A DNA stretch of 64,000 nt from Nostoc sp. (GTDB lineage: Bacteria; Cyanobacteriota; Cyanobacteriia; Cyanobacteriales; Nostocaceae), in NCBI GenBank assembly GCA_036918135.1, contig JBALDB010000002.1, positions 192,001 to 256,000 of the forward strand. The letters run 5' to 3'. Shown here piece after piece: positions 32,141 to 42,998 of this stretch. A model generated the notes under the pieces. The model searched no databases. It worked only from the letters and a program-made list of their open reading frames with translations, and was not told the DNA's origin. Both the position numbers and the translations under genes were made by a program. Within the stretch, counting starts at the first letter, position 1, and each line of letters opens with the position of its first letter.

Positions 32141-33703
32141 ATGTATACAACATCTCAACCCGATCCCGTTCGCTTAGAAATATTCAAAAACCTCTATCAA
32201 TTTATTGCCGAACAAATGGGAATTGTGTTACAAAACACGGCAACATCCGTAAATATTAAAGAAAGACTAGATTTTTCCTGCGCTATCTTTGACTCTTCTG
32301 GATTATTAGTAGCGAATGCTCCCCATATTCCCGTACATTTAGGCTCAATGAGTGAAAGTGTCCGTAGTTTAATTAATGATAAAGGCGACACTATAAAACC
32401 AGGAAATGTCTATTTATCAAATAACCCCTATAACGGTGGAACGCATCTCCCTGATGTAACTGCAATTACTCCTGTATTTTTGCAAAGTAGTGAAAATATT
32501 TTATTCTCTACTCCGCTCTTTTACGTTGCTTCTCGCGGACATCAAGCCGATATCGGCGGAATTACTCCCGGTTCTATGCCTCCCCACAGTGCGACAGTAG
32601 AAGAAGAAGGAATTCTTTTTGATAACTTTCTTTTAATTGAAGAAGGAAATTTTCGAGAAACCGCAGTCAGATATCACCTTTCAAATCATACTTATCCGGC
32701 TCGAAATCCTGACCAAAATATAGCAGATTTTCAAGCCCAAATCGCTGCCAATGAAAGGGGAGTTCAAGAACTTCACAAAATGGTTTTGCAATACAAGCTG
32801 GAGACTGTTCAAGCTTATATGAAATTCGTACAAGCTAATGCTGAGGAGTCAGTGAGAAAGGCGATCGCAGTTCTCAAAAATGGTTCATTTATTTATCAAA
32901 TGGACAATGGCGCACAAATTCAGGTAAAAGTGACAATTCACCCAGAAAATCGCAGTGCTACTATTGATTTTACTGGAACTTCTGGACAATTAAATAGTAA
33001 TTTTAATGCTCCCAAAGCTGTAACTCAAGCAGCAGTTTTGTATGTATTTCGGACTTTGGTTGATGATAACATTCCTCTGAATGCTGGGTGTCTTAATCCT
33101 CTAGAAATTATTATCCCGATGGGCTGTATGTTAAACCCAACTTATCCAGCAGCGGTAGTAGCAGGTAATGTAGAAACTTCTCAAACTATTGTTGATGCTT
33201 TATATGGTGCTTTGGGTGTAATGGCTGCTTCTCAAGGAACAATGAATAATTTTACTTTTGGTAATGAGCGATATCAATACTATGAAACTATTTGTGGCGG
33301 TTCTGGAGCGGGAATTAATTTTGATGGAACTGATAGCGTTCATTCCCACATGACTAACTCCCGTTTGACAGATCCAGAAGTTTTAGAAACGCGTTATCCC
33401 GTACTTTTAGAAAGCTTTAGTCTGCGTCCGGATAGCGGTGGTAGAGGTAAATATTCTGGTGGTAATGGAGTTGTTCGTCGGATCCAATTTTTAGAACCGA
33501 TGACAGCTAATATTCTCTCTGGACATCGCCTGGTTCCTCCCTTTGGCTTAAATGGTGGGGAAGCGGGAAAAGTCGGGCGCAATTGGATACAACGTCAAAA
33601 TGGAACTGAAGAAAATTTAGATAGCACTGCAACGGTAGAGATGAATATCGGGGATGTTTTTGCGGTCGAAACTCCTGGAGGGGGTGGATTTGGGAAATTT
33701 TAA
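32141..33703 (+). CDS. 5-oxoprolinase/hydantoinase subunit B
   Basis: SVNIKERLDFSCA, HIPVHLGSM, GGTHLPD, AGNVETSQ, TPGGGGFG. Confidence 0.95.
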   Translation: MYTTSQPDPVRLEIFKNLYQFIAEQMGIVLQNTATSVNIKERLDFSCAIFDSSGLLVANAPHIPVHLGSMSESVRSLINDKGDTIKPGNVYLSNNPYNGGTHLPDVTAITPVFLQSSENILFSTPLFYVASRGHQADIGGITPGSMPPHSATVEEEGILFDNFLLIEEGNFRETAVRYHLSNHTYPARNPDQNIADFQAQIAANERGVQELHKMVLQYKLETVQAYMKFVQANAEESVRKAIAVLKNGSFIYQMDNGAQIQVKVTIHPENRSATIDFTGTSGQLNSNFNAPKAVTQAAVLYVFRTLVDDNIPLNAGCLNPLEIIIPMGCMLNPTYPAAVVAGNVETSQTIVDALYGALGVMAASQGTMNNFTFGNERYQYYETICGGSGAGINFDGTDSVHSHMTNSRLTDPEVLETRYPVLLESFSLRPDSGGRGKYSGGNGVVRRIQFLEPMTANILSGHRLVPPFGLNGGEAGKVGRNWIQRQNGTEENLDSTATVEMNIGDVFAVETPGGGGFGKF

Positions 33704-33817
33704 TCCTAATTTACCAAGATGAAGGGGAGATGAGAAGTTACCAGCAGTGATTTGCGGCGATCGCTTTGAATGTCATTTGTCTTTTGTCATTAGTCATTAA
33801 TTATTCTCCCGATCTCC

Positions 33818-34516
33818 CTATCTCCCCACTCCCCCTTGATGTTCGCACTTAAAACCTTGATTCTGCCAATATGGCATATTTACTTCGTTAAGTTTGATGA
33901 TGTTTGAGCATTGCGGGTCAATAATTTGACTTAAAATCGCCCAAAATAAGCTGCGAGTTAAATCTAGTCCTGTTTTGACCCAAGATTCATGATTACCAGG
34001 AACACCTAACTCTGGAACGATTTCTGGCTCTACCCAAATACCATGAGCGCCCAAAAGAATCTGCGCCATCCATTTAGCCCTTGGCAAATGACTAGGTGAG
34101 GTAATAAGTTTTACTTTATGTACGCCCCATTTACGCAGTAGGGGAATACTATAATAAAAATTTTCAAAGGTAGAATTTGCACACTTTTCTAACCAAACGT
34201 TTTCTAAGCTTGCGGATTCTCGTTGAAAAATTAACCATATACAAGGATCTGGCGAGCCATGAGAAATTAAAATTGGGATTTGCGGGTATTGTTTTGCTTG
34301 TTGGACAATGTAAGTTTCTCGACTAATACTCCCACCAAGCACAAAAAAGGTGTCTACTGGCTGCGAAGAAGCAGAAACTAAGGTTATAGTAGTAAAAATT
34401 AACCAAGCACCCAAAACAAAGTACAATCCAACAGTTAGTTTTTGTAACAATTGCCACAGCTTAACTAAAGTTTTTTTATTGTAGATTAATGATTTGATAA
34501 TAAATTTATGTTTCAT
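33818..34516 (-). CDS. YdcF/DUF218 (ElyC/SanA-like) protein
   Basis: N-terminal TM, VLGG, E..ANSTFENF, LITSPSHLPRA; start uncertain (ORF track 34555). Confidence 0.85.
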   Translation of the reverse strand: MKHKFIIKSLIYNKKTLVKLWQLLQKLTVGLYFVLGAWLIFTTITLVSASSQPVDTFFVLGGSISRETYIVQQAKQYPQIPILISHGSPDPCIWLIFQRESASLENVWLEKCANSTFENFYYSIPLLRKWGVHKVKLITSPSHLPRAKWMAQILLGAHGIWVEPEIVPELGVPGNHESWVKTGLDLTRSLFWAILSQIIDPQCSNIIKLNEVNMPYWQNQGFKCEHQGGVGR

Positions 34517-34824
34517 GACTGATATAAAAAAGCTCATTTGATGACTATCCAACAATACTCCGATTGAGAGATTGAAGTGCTATCTTATAAAAGTAATCTA
34601 AAGTACAAAGATGACGGCGATTGAAGTGTCACATCGCTAGTATAGCCTTCCGGAGAAGGCTAACAAACTCAGAAATGGTTATTAATAACTAATGCAGTAT
34701 TTTGGCATTATTCAATGTCAAAGGATTGAGAAAGCACAGCTGAGTTTGGGGTATAAAAACTTAAAAATTTCTAGAAAGCCTGATTGCTAAACTGTCAACA
34801 ACACAATTATTCCAGCTAATATAC

Positions 34825-36168
34825 ATGAACCAATCTGCGAAAAGTTACTCGCCGCTCCAAGTAGCCTTGATTGGTGGGGCGATCGCTACAACTGCTACCA
34901 TGTCTGTGTTCGGTTTTGCTTGGACTCGCGGTGTACGCGCAGCCCTAAGTCTACAAGACAGCCCGAAAACGATAGTTGACCAAGTTTGGCAACTGGTGAA
35001 TCATGAATATGTTGATGGTAAATTTAATCAACAAGATTGGCGAGCAACCAGGCAAAGCTTGTTGAACAGAGACTATTCTTCTCGTGAAGAAGCTTATGCT
35101 GCCATCCGGGAAGCTTTACAAACCTTGGGAGATCCTTATACTCGGTTTATGGACCCCAAGCAGTTTGAAGCCCTGACTAGCCAAACCTCTGGGGAAGTCT
35201 CTGGTATTGGCATTCGCATGGAAGTCAACGATAAAACTCAGCGCCTAACTGTTGTTGAAGCTATAGAAAATTCTCCAGCCCTGAAAGCCGGAATTAAAGC
35301 AGGCGATGAAATTTTAGCCATTGACGGCAAACCCACTTTAAAAATGAAAGTGGATGACGCTTCCAAACTAATTCGCGGCAAAGCTGGTACTCCCATCAGC
35401 CTACGGCTCAAACGCTCAGGACAAAATCCCTTTGAAGTGAGGCTCAGCAGAGCCAATATAGAAGTGCCAACGGTGCGTTATACCCTCAAGCAAGAAGGAA
35501 ATCGACGCATTGGCTATATCCGTTTGCGGGAATTTAGTGCCCATGCCGCAGAGCAAATGCAACGAGCCATCCGCGATTTGAACAATAAGAAAGTTGATTC
35601 TTATGTGTTGGATTTGCGGGGAAATCCCGGTGGTTTGTTACAAGCCAGCATTGAAATTGCCCGGATGTGGTACGATAACGGTGGTATTGTCAAGACAGTT
35701 GACCGTGTAGGAAATACTGAGGAAACTAAAGCCAATCACACCGCTTTGACAAGTCGTCCCTTGGCAGTATTGGTAGATGGGAATTCAGCTAGTGCTAGCG
35801 AGATTCTCACCGGCGCACTCAAGGATAATAAGCGGGCGGTAGTCGTTGGCGGTCAAACTTTTGGTAAAGCCTTAGTGCAATCAGTTCACGAACTCGCCGA
35901 TGGTTCAGGCTTGGCGGTTACCATTGCTCACTACTACACGCCTTTAGGAACGGATATCAACCATAAAGGGATTACGCCAGATATCAAGCTAGACTTGACA
36001 GAGGCACAAGAGCGTCAGTTGGCTTCTAATCCAGATTTAATCGGAACTCGCAGCGATCCCCAATATGCGCGAGCGATCGCAATTTTATCAGGTAGCAACT
36101 TCGCCGGATCATCGATTAATCAAAATAATCAACCTATGAGCGTCCGCGCTGGTGACTTGAAATTTTAG
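34825..36168 (+). CDS. ctpB: Carboxyl-terminal processing protease (S41, PDZ)
   Basis: LGDPYTRF, PDZ, LDLRGNPGG, SASASEIL, TFGK; paralogue assignment (B vs A/C) from recall. Confidence 0.88.
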   Translation: MNQSAKSYSPLQVALIGGAIATTATMSVFGFAWTRGVRAALSLQDSPKTIVDQVWQLVNHEYVDGKFNQQDWRATRQSLLNRDYSSREEAYAAIREALQTLGDPYTRFMDPKQFEALTSQTSGEVSGIGIRMEVNDKTQRLTVVEAIENSPALKAGIKAGDEILAIDGKPTLKMKVDDASKLIRGKAGTPISLRLKRSGQNPFEVRLSRANIEVPTVRYTLKQEGNRRIGYIRLREFSAHAAEQMQRAIRDLNNKKVDSYVLDLRGNPGGLLQASIEIARMWYDNGGIVKTVDRVGNTEETKANHTALTSRPLAVLVDGNSASASEILTGALKDNKRAVVVGGQTFGKALVQSVHELADGSGLAVTIAHYYTPLGTDINHKGITPDIKLDLTEAQERQLASNPDLIGTRSDPQYARAIAILSGSNFAGSSINQNNQPMSVRAGDLKF

Positions 36169-36327
36169 ATTGAACAGAACTTAAAAGTCAGAACTCAGGA
36201 GAATTAATTCTGATGCCTTAGCGCAGTGTCTTCGGCTTCGCTCCTGAATTCTGACTCCTTGTTCCCATTCTGTCGATTTGGGATTGGGAATACTAGCTAG
36301 TAGTTCCATCTCCAAAATCTCAAATTT

Positions 36328-37296
36328 ATGAATTATCAGCCAGTTGATGCAACCACCGATACCAGCTTTTTGCCAATGGTATCGGTGGTTGTTCCTATTT
36401 ATAACGGTGAGGCAGATTTACCAGATTTGCTCGATTGTTTATTATCTCAAACTTATCCCCAAGACCGCGTAGAGTACTTATTGGTGGACAATAACAGTAG
36501 CGATCGCACTCTCACCTTACTCAAAACAGCTGCTGAAAATTGTCCAATTACAATTCGCCCCTTGAGCGAAAATCAAATTCAAAGCTCCTACGCTGCTCGT
36601 AATACTGGAATTCGTGCGGTTCAAAGCGAAATTATAGTTTTTACTGATGCAGATTGTCGTCCCCAATCCCAATGGCTATATGCATTAATTCAGCCTTTTG
36701 TCAACTTAGAAGTGGTAATTGTTGCTGGGGAAATTTTGGCACTACCAGGTAAAACTTTGTTAGAACAACACGCAGACCGCGAACAAACCCTATCGCAAAA
36801 ACACACCCTTGGCCATTCCTTTCGTCCCTATGGACAAACTGCTAATTTGGCAATTCGCCGCATCGCCTTAGAAAAAGCAGGTTTATTTCGTCCCTATCTT
36901 ACCACTGGTGGCGATGCAGACATTTGCTGGCGGATTTTGGCAGAAAACATCGGGCGTTTAGAATTTGCCCCCAATGCCATTGTCCAGCACCGCCACCGCA
37001 CTACACTTCAACAACTGCAAAGTCAATGGCGGCGTTATGGTCGCTCCAATCGCTATTTACACGAACTGCATGGTATAGATTTAATGCGAGATATTACACT
37101 CAAAGAATGCGGCTATCGTTTGGTACGTTGGTTATTGAAAGAAGTACCAACAGATAGTATAAAGGCGATCGCAGGTAAAGCGACTTTGGTAGATTTATTA
37201 AATACCCCCATTGGTTTGTTCACGGCTAGGGCGCGTGCGGCTGGACAAAGAGACGCCAAATTGCCAGAGAATGCCAAGATAATTGATTGGCTATAA
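36328..37296 (+). CDS. Glycosyltransferase family 2
   Basis: VSVVVPIYN, VDNNSSD, ARNTG, FTDADC. Confidence 0.93.
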   Translation: MNYQPVDATTDTSFLPMVSVVVPIYNGEADLPDLLDCLLSQTYPQDRVEYLLVDNNSSDRTLTLLKTAAENCPITIRPLSENQIQSSYAARNTGIRAVQSEIIVFTDADCRPQSQWLYALIQPFVNLEVVIVAGEILALPGKTLLEQHADREQTLSQKHTLGHSFRPYGQTANLAIRRIALEKAGLFRPYLTTGGDADICWRILAENIGRLEFAPNAIVQHRHRTTLQQLQSQWRRYGRSNRYLHELHGIDLMRDITLKECGYRLVRWLLKEVPTDSIKAIAGKATLVDLLNTPIGLFTARARAAGQRDAKLPENAKIIDWL

Positions 37297-37301
37297 CAAT
37301 C

Positions 37302-37427
37302 TAAGTACTTACGCAGAAATATTTAGATATTTTTCAACACGACTGAAATCGCTGTATTCCTTCCCTGTTCTCTATTTCCTGTTAAGAGTTCTCTTACAAT
37401 AGATAATTTATTTTGCACGATTACTTA
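37302..37427. repeat. Small TIR-bounded element overlapping the lipase stop codon
   Basis: TAAGTACTTACGCAGAAATA ... TATTTTGCACGATTACTTA imperfect inverted ends. Confidence 0.6.
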
Positions 37428-38468
37428 TACAAAAATAGGGTTTTGTGAAATTCCAATCATATAAACTTCATTTAAATTATGATGCTTCTCTAAAGCAGCT
37501 TCATGAATAGTAAAGTAAATAGGCGTACCAGTATGCACGTAGTCTGGCATCCTTCTTTTATTTCTGTCATACATTGCTTTAAAAAAGCCAAAAACTGGAT
37601 TTGGATTTTTGTCTACTCCTGCTACTCCACCAATTCCAAGTTCTGCTTCTGGTGGTTCATTAGATGATGCTGGTTTTATTACGTTTCCCGTTGGAAATGG
37701 CAGCATAGTTACAAAATCTTCCGTGTTTGCAATTCGCCAGTGCCGAACCTTTAGAGCTTCAAAACTCGCTGCAAATTGTCTATCCCCACATCGAGGGCTA
37801 GCAAACGTATACAGTGTAACGTTTTCAGAATTTTTAAAAGGGGTGTTTTTCAGAATATCCGGAATTGCTAATGTAGCTAGCGCTCCACCTAAACTGTGTC
37901 CTGTGACAAATACTTTAGCATTCTGCGACTTGTGCCACTTTTCATGAAGTGCATCAAGTAGTTTTTGCCGTAGACTTACATAAATACCTCTAAAACCTGC
38001 TGTTACAAACCCGAAATTACTATCAAGATTGGGGATAATGATTGAACCTTGATTTTCCTGCACAACCCCTTCTGCAATTTTCTCCTTGATTTCTACTCTT
38101 TGATGATTTCTATTAGTACTATCTTTGAAAGAAACAAGCTGAATATTCACATCCTTGAACCATTCAAGAAAGCGTCTAGTGCCACGAAAGATTACATATA
38201 TATTGTCAGTACCAGCCTCCGAGGCAACATATCCAAAGGGAACACCATTTTCTGCAAATTCAGTATGTAGTAAAAATGGCTCCTTAAGGTTAAATGTTTG
38301 TGAGTTATTTTTTAGTTCAAATAAATCGAACTGATTATATGCATACTGCGTTAGCTCTGCTAGTTTTCGAGCCATTTCAGCATCAAAACCTTTAGGGTAA
38401 GTATTGGTATCAAGTTGAGAAATAATTATTCTGTCTGTTGACTGGTTTGTATCAGGTGAAGATAGCAT
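37425..38468 (-). CDS. Lipase class 3 family protein
   Basis: VIFRGT, VTGHSLGGALA nucleophile elbow, YTFASPRCG, D.VT.LP, terminal His. Confidence 0.92.
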   Translation of the reverse strand: MLSSPDTNQSTDRIIISQLDTNTYPKGFDAEMARKLAELTQYAYNQFDLFELKNNSQTFNLKEPFLLHTEFAENGVPFGYVASEAGTDNIYVIFRGTRRFLEWFKDVNIQLVSFKDSTNRNHQRVEIKEKIAEGVVQENQGSIIIPNLDSNFGFVTAGFRGIYVSLRQKLLDALHEKWHKSQNAKVFVTGHSLGGALATLAIPDILKNTPFKNSENVTLYTFASPRCGDRQFAASFEALKVRHWRIANTEDFVTMLPFPTGNVIKPASSNEPPEAELGIGGVAGVDKNPNPVFGFFKAMYDRNKRRMPDYVHTGTPIYFTIHEAALEKHHNLNEVYMIGISQNPIFV

Positions 38469-38797
38469 TAGTTCTACCTCAAGCTTAGAAAAACAATTAA
38501 ATTCTTAGGAGAATGCGTGTAACAATTCCTGTAAAATTTTTGATTTTAGTTAAAATATTTACAGTATTTTGTACATTATCATGGATTTGGCTAATGCTTC
38601 TAATCCTTCATTTAGGTCTTCTTCATGGCACTTAAGCTGTGCGGCGATTTTTTAAAAAGTTGTGCTTTTGAGTTTAAAGCGCAACACTGATAAATTGAAG
38701 GCGATCGTACTAGTCGAGCAATTATGAGAACGGGGACACTTAACAAAAGTTGGATTAAAGAAAGCAAAACCTAATTAATTGTTCCTAATTTACCTAA

Positions 38798-41700
38798 CTA
38801 AACAGTCAAAGGAATAATCTGTTGAGTGGCAAAGCCTCCTAAATCCCAAGTTTCTCTATAAAGAGGAAGGTCACTATTGAACAAATCAAATGTTTGGGAA
38901 AATGCTGACCAAGAACCACTTACACTTGTACCAGAACCACCCACATTAGCTGATGCTTGGTAAGACAGTACTGGAGCAGAGACTTTTAAATCCAAATCTA
39001 AATCTAAATAAGTGTAATTTGTGATTTCTACTATCGGTTCGAGGCTCATACCTATGGTTAATAGACCATCATTGTTGAGGTCATAATTTCCTCCTTCTAC
39101 TGAGAATTGAGTCGTACTCCCATCAAGTAGTAGTAAATCTTGTGGGCCTGTTGCCCCATCTATAGTTAAGTCAGCTCTAAAACCTTTAAGGCTAACAGTG
39201 ATATCCTCAACTAAACTAGCCGTTGCAATTAATTCAGCACTAAGTAAGGTAGCTTTGGCACTGACACTAGCACTAGCACCGTAGCCAGCAATAGTTGGAG
39301 TTGAGTAGGCTTGTTTGAACTCGTAAGCTAGGGGAATTGGTAGTTTGTCCGCTATAAAACTGGCAACATCAAATTTAGTTGTTAAAATTGCATCTGAACC
39401 ATCACCTGTAAGAGTTCCTCCTCCAAGATTTAAGCCTTCATTACTAAAACTAATTAGAGGGATTTTAGCTGTAATATCTCCATAAGGAAATGTTTTTATA
39501 TAAGCTGGATTACCTACATTTAAATCTATTAAAGCTTTGTCAAAACTATGCCTTTGCGTCAATGCCGGAGGTAAACCAAGTGTTTTGTCAAATCCTGCAT
39601 TGATTGCTGGCGTTAATTCGACTTTGCCAAAAGGAGTATTGACAGAAGTCGCTGGTATGTTTATCCAAGCTTTAGCATTGACAGAGGCATTAGCTTCTAA
39701 AAATCCATTCAGTCCAACTTTGAAGAAAGCTTCGGGTTTGTTGACTTGATATTTAGCTCCACCGAGAAGATCGATATCTGGATGTATAGATACTTCGTAT
39801 GGATTTCTAGTCATTGCAATTGATACGTTTGTAGGTAGTAAGGTGTCAATTGTCCCCAAGTTAAAGCCACCCTTGGCATAGGCATATATTCCAGCATTAA
39901 CTGACATATTTGCATCTATTTTTGCACCTACATTGGAATTGCCTATGTCTAGAAGAGTTTGTTTTGCACTTTTCTGAAAAGATGTTCCCCATTTTTTGTC
40001 GAATGATATGGCTGGAATACCTTTGATAACTGACTGCCCGGTACTCTGCAAATTCAAAGTAGTTGTGGGACTAATTACATCTCCATAAGGCCATAAGGTT
40101 CCGGGAACTGGCATTTTGCGAACGACACTATCGGCAAAGACAACTTCCTCAACATCATTGAGGAAATAATCCAACCTACCTCCGTCGGGCCTTTTATAAT
40201 CGGATCGGAATATCATCCCAATACCCGACTCGTCAGCATTACGCTCGCGGCTGAAGTCATCGTAGTTGCCTAATAAATAGGCTCGATCGTAACCAGGGCC
40301 ACCACTGATGCCATGAAAATATCCTGCATAAATAACATCATCTCCCGCATCACCACTGATATTGCCGTCATACCCCTTATAGGCGATTAACAAATCATTT
40401 CCCGCACCTCCATTTATAAGCCCAAAACCAGCACCACCGTAGATAGTGTCGTCTCCTTCTCCACCGTCAAATGTATATGCTAGTTGCAGATCGTTACCTG
40501 TTGTGGGGTTACTACCGACAATATAGTCATTTCCTGTGCCACCATAAGCTAGTTCTTGAAAGAAAGCTCTCTCTGTATCAGCAGCACTATTATCACCAGT
40601 GTATATCCTATCGTTACCAGCTCCACCTCTTAATGTATCTAATCCTTCATGACCTTGTAGGTAGTCATCCCCATCACCACCATCAATTACGTCGTCACCG
40701 CCAAATCCAAAGATGTAGTCAATTCCACTGAAACCAATGATAGTATCGGCTGCATTAGTACCTAATATTTGTGGGGTACTCGTGTCGATAATTTCGACTG
40801 GCTCAGAGAATACGTTACCCCGATCTGTACCAGCAACATCATTTCTAATAGAAACTGTAAGGTACTCTGAACCTTCTGATACATGGTCTTCGGCTACAGG
40901 TAAATATATGTCGGCTTGACCATTGGCATCAAGGGTGACTACACCATTTAATTTACCTGCCAAGATATCTTCGGAGGTAATGGAACTGCCATTTGCACTA
41001 GAAACAGTATACTTTAAGTCAGTACCAGGGCTGATATTCTCAGTTGTAATGCGGAATATAGCATACTCCCCTTCATTAAAAGTTGCGTTTGTTCGAGTGA
41101 TACTAATTGTAGGAATGGGAGTTTGGCTATTGTCATTTATGTAGACGCTGATGCTGGCACGGTTATTGTTTAGTTTCAAGACTAATTGTTCGCTACCTTC
41201 AGTTTTACGATCGCCATTAACTTTTACTTGAATCGTGGCTAAACCATTCTCGCCTACAACAAAGAAACCAGACAGAGGTTGTAGAAAGTCTGAACTAGTG
41301 ATTCCTGTACCAGAAATTGTATAGTCAATACGGGTTCCAATTGGGACGCAAGCAGTTTTGAGTGAGAAGGTAATAGTGTCACCTTCATCTACTTTTTGTA
41401 CTGAGGATGTAAGGGTATATTGCCTACTATCTTTAATTAAAAAGTCACTAGCAGATAAACTTGGATTCCCAGTGAGAGTTGCAAATAGTCCTCCATTACC
41501 CAAAGCTAACGCTGCTCCATTTTCGTTGTAGAACAGCTTGCCGTTAACTTTGTTGTAAACAATTAAAGCACTACTGTTTGTAGCAGCAGCGTCATCATTG
41601 ACGATTGCAAATTCACTACTAATACTAAATCCACTTCCTGTTACACTACGAAGACTGGTAAAAGTAGCTTTATCCAAAACAATTTTGTCGCTAGCAATGG

Positions 41701-42325
41701 TAAAGTCCTTAATTGTATCTTGTCCGATCATTGTAGAGGAAAATGGGGCATATACATTAAAGGTAAACCGATCTTGTCCTAAACCCCCAGTGAGTATATC
41801 GTTACCACGACCACCATTGAGAATATCATTCCCAGCACCACCAATCAGGGTGTCTATTCCACCACCACCACTGAGAATGTTGTTGGCACTATTACCAATA
41901 ATTTTGTTGTCGAAACTATTGCCAGTACCATTAATCGCTGCTGTTCCTGTTAGGGTGAGATCCTCAACATTGGCGATCGCCGCTAAACTGTAACTGACTG
42001 ATGATAAAACTGTATCCTCACCACCTGTTGCAGTTTCGATAACTTTGTCTGTGGTGCTATCCACTACGTAAGTATCATTGCCACCACCACCAATCACGGT
42101 GTCTATCCCACCACCACCATTGAGAATGTTGTTTGCACTATTGCCAGTAATTGTATTGTTGAGACTATTGCCAGTACCATTAATTGCTGCTGTTCCTATT
42201 AAGATTAAATTTTTGATGTTACTTGCTAAAGTCCAACTTGCAGAAGACTCAATTGTATCATTTATTGTTGCTAAAATGAAATTTTTAGAAATGTTTTCTT
42301 TCTTGGTGAAATTAGAAAATGTCAT
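38798..42325 (-). CDS. Large RTX-type calcium-binding secreted/surface protein with Calx-beta-like domains and unrecognised C-terminal region
   Basis: Many GGxGxD nonapeptides in two clusters; DEG..TF / D..TEG.E Ig-like modules. Confidence 0.88.
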   Translation of the reverse strand: MTFSNFTKKENISKNFILATINDTIESSASWTLASNIKNLILIGTAAINGTGNSLNNTITGNSANNILNGGGGIDTVIGGGGNDTYVVDSTTDKVIETATGGEDTVLSSVSYSLAAIANVEDLTLTGTAAINGTGNSFDNKIIGNSANNILSGGGGIDTLIGGAGNDILNGGRGNDILTGGLGQDRFTFNVYAPFSSTMIGQDTIKDFTIASDKIVLDKATFTSLRSVTGSGFSISSEFAIVNDDAAATNSSALIVYNKVNGKLFYNENGAALALGNGGLFATLTGNPSLSASDFLIKDSRQYTLTSSVQKVDEGDTITFSLKTACVPIGTRIDYTISGTGITSSDFLQPLSGFFVVGENGLATIQVKVNGDRKTEGSEQLVLKLNNNRASISVYINDNSQTPIPTISITRTNATFNEGEYAIFRITTENISPGTDLKYTVSSANGSSITSEDILAGKLNGVVTLDANGQADIYLPVAEDHVSEGSEYLTVSIRNDVAGTDRGNVFSEPVEIIDTSTPQILGTNAADTIIGFSGIDYIFGFGGDDVIDGGDGDDYLQGHEGLDTLRGGAGNDRIYTGDNSAADTERAFFQELAYGGTGNDYIVGSNPTTGNDLQLAYTFDGGEGDDTIYGGAGFGLINGGAGNDLLIAYKGYDGNISGDAGDDVIYAGYFHGISGGPGYDRAYLLGNYDDFSRERNADESGIGMIFRSDYKRPDGGRLDYFLNDVEEVVFADSVVRKMPVPGTLWPYGDVISPTTTLNLQSTGQSVIKGIPAISFDKKWGTSFQKSAKQTLLDIGNSNVGAKIDANMSVNAGIYAYAKGGFNLGTIDTLLPTNVSIAMTRNPYEVSIHPDIDLLGGAKYQVNKPEAFFKVGLNGFLEANASVNAKAWINIPATSVNTPFGKVELTPAINAGFDKTLGLPPALTQRHSFDKALIDLNVGNPAYIKTFPYGDITAKIPLISFSNEGLNLGGGTLTGDGSDAILTTKFDVASFIADKLPIPLAYEFKQAYSTPTIAGYGASASVSAKATLLSAELIATASLVEDITVSLKGFRADLTIDGATGPQDLLLLDGSTTQFSVEGGNYDLNNDGLLTIGMSLEPIVEITNYTYLDLDLDLKVSAPVLSYQASANVGGSGTSVSGSWSAFSQTFDLFNSDLPLYRETWDLGGFATQQIIPLTV

Positions 42326-42963
42326 ATTTTTTCTCTTAGTTGTAAATAGAGATATTGGTTTAAATGTGCAGTTGAATTCTTTACTTAATTGAGGAAAATT
42401 TGGGAATAGTATTAATATTAATTACTGCACTAAAACCGCTCACCTAAATACTCTACTGCCATGTATAAATTTTGGCGGTCGGAAAAGGTCGGGAAAAAGT
42501 CGGGTATTTTTGGTAGATTTACGTAAACTTTTATGAAAAAATCAAGTTGTTCGTGGGAATATTGTAGTTAGCTGTATTACTACGGAATAAATGACGGTAG
42601 AAGAAGCGATCGCACTAGTTGAGCAATTATTAGAACGAGGAAGCTTAACAAAAGCGTAACAGCTTGTATTTCGCTACACCTGGGAAGGAAAAACTTACTT
42701 AGAAATGGCCAAACAAGCCACATACGACCCAGGACACATCAAGGATGTTGGTTCGCAACTATGGCGATCGCTTTCTCAAGCTTTGGGTGAAAAAGTTACC
42801 AAGAATAATTTACACGGTGTCCTGAGGCGAGCTGCACAGCAGCACAATGGCGCGAAGATATCCCCAAGCTTGACGCCTCATATCGATTGGGGAGAAGCGA
42901 CTGACGTTTCGCGCTTCTATGGACGTACCAGTGAATTAGAAACCTTAAGCCAGTGGATTATGG

Positions 42964-42998
42964 GCGATTCGCCTAAAGGCGACAGCTACGCTTCACGC
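42964..42998. repeat. 27-nt small dispersed repeat inserted in a HIP1 site
   Basis: GCGAT[TCGCCTAAAGGCGACAGCTACGCTTCA]CGC; removal restores GCGATCGC and the reading G-D-R-T-R-L. Confidence 0.75.
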
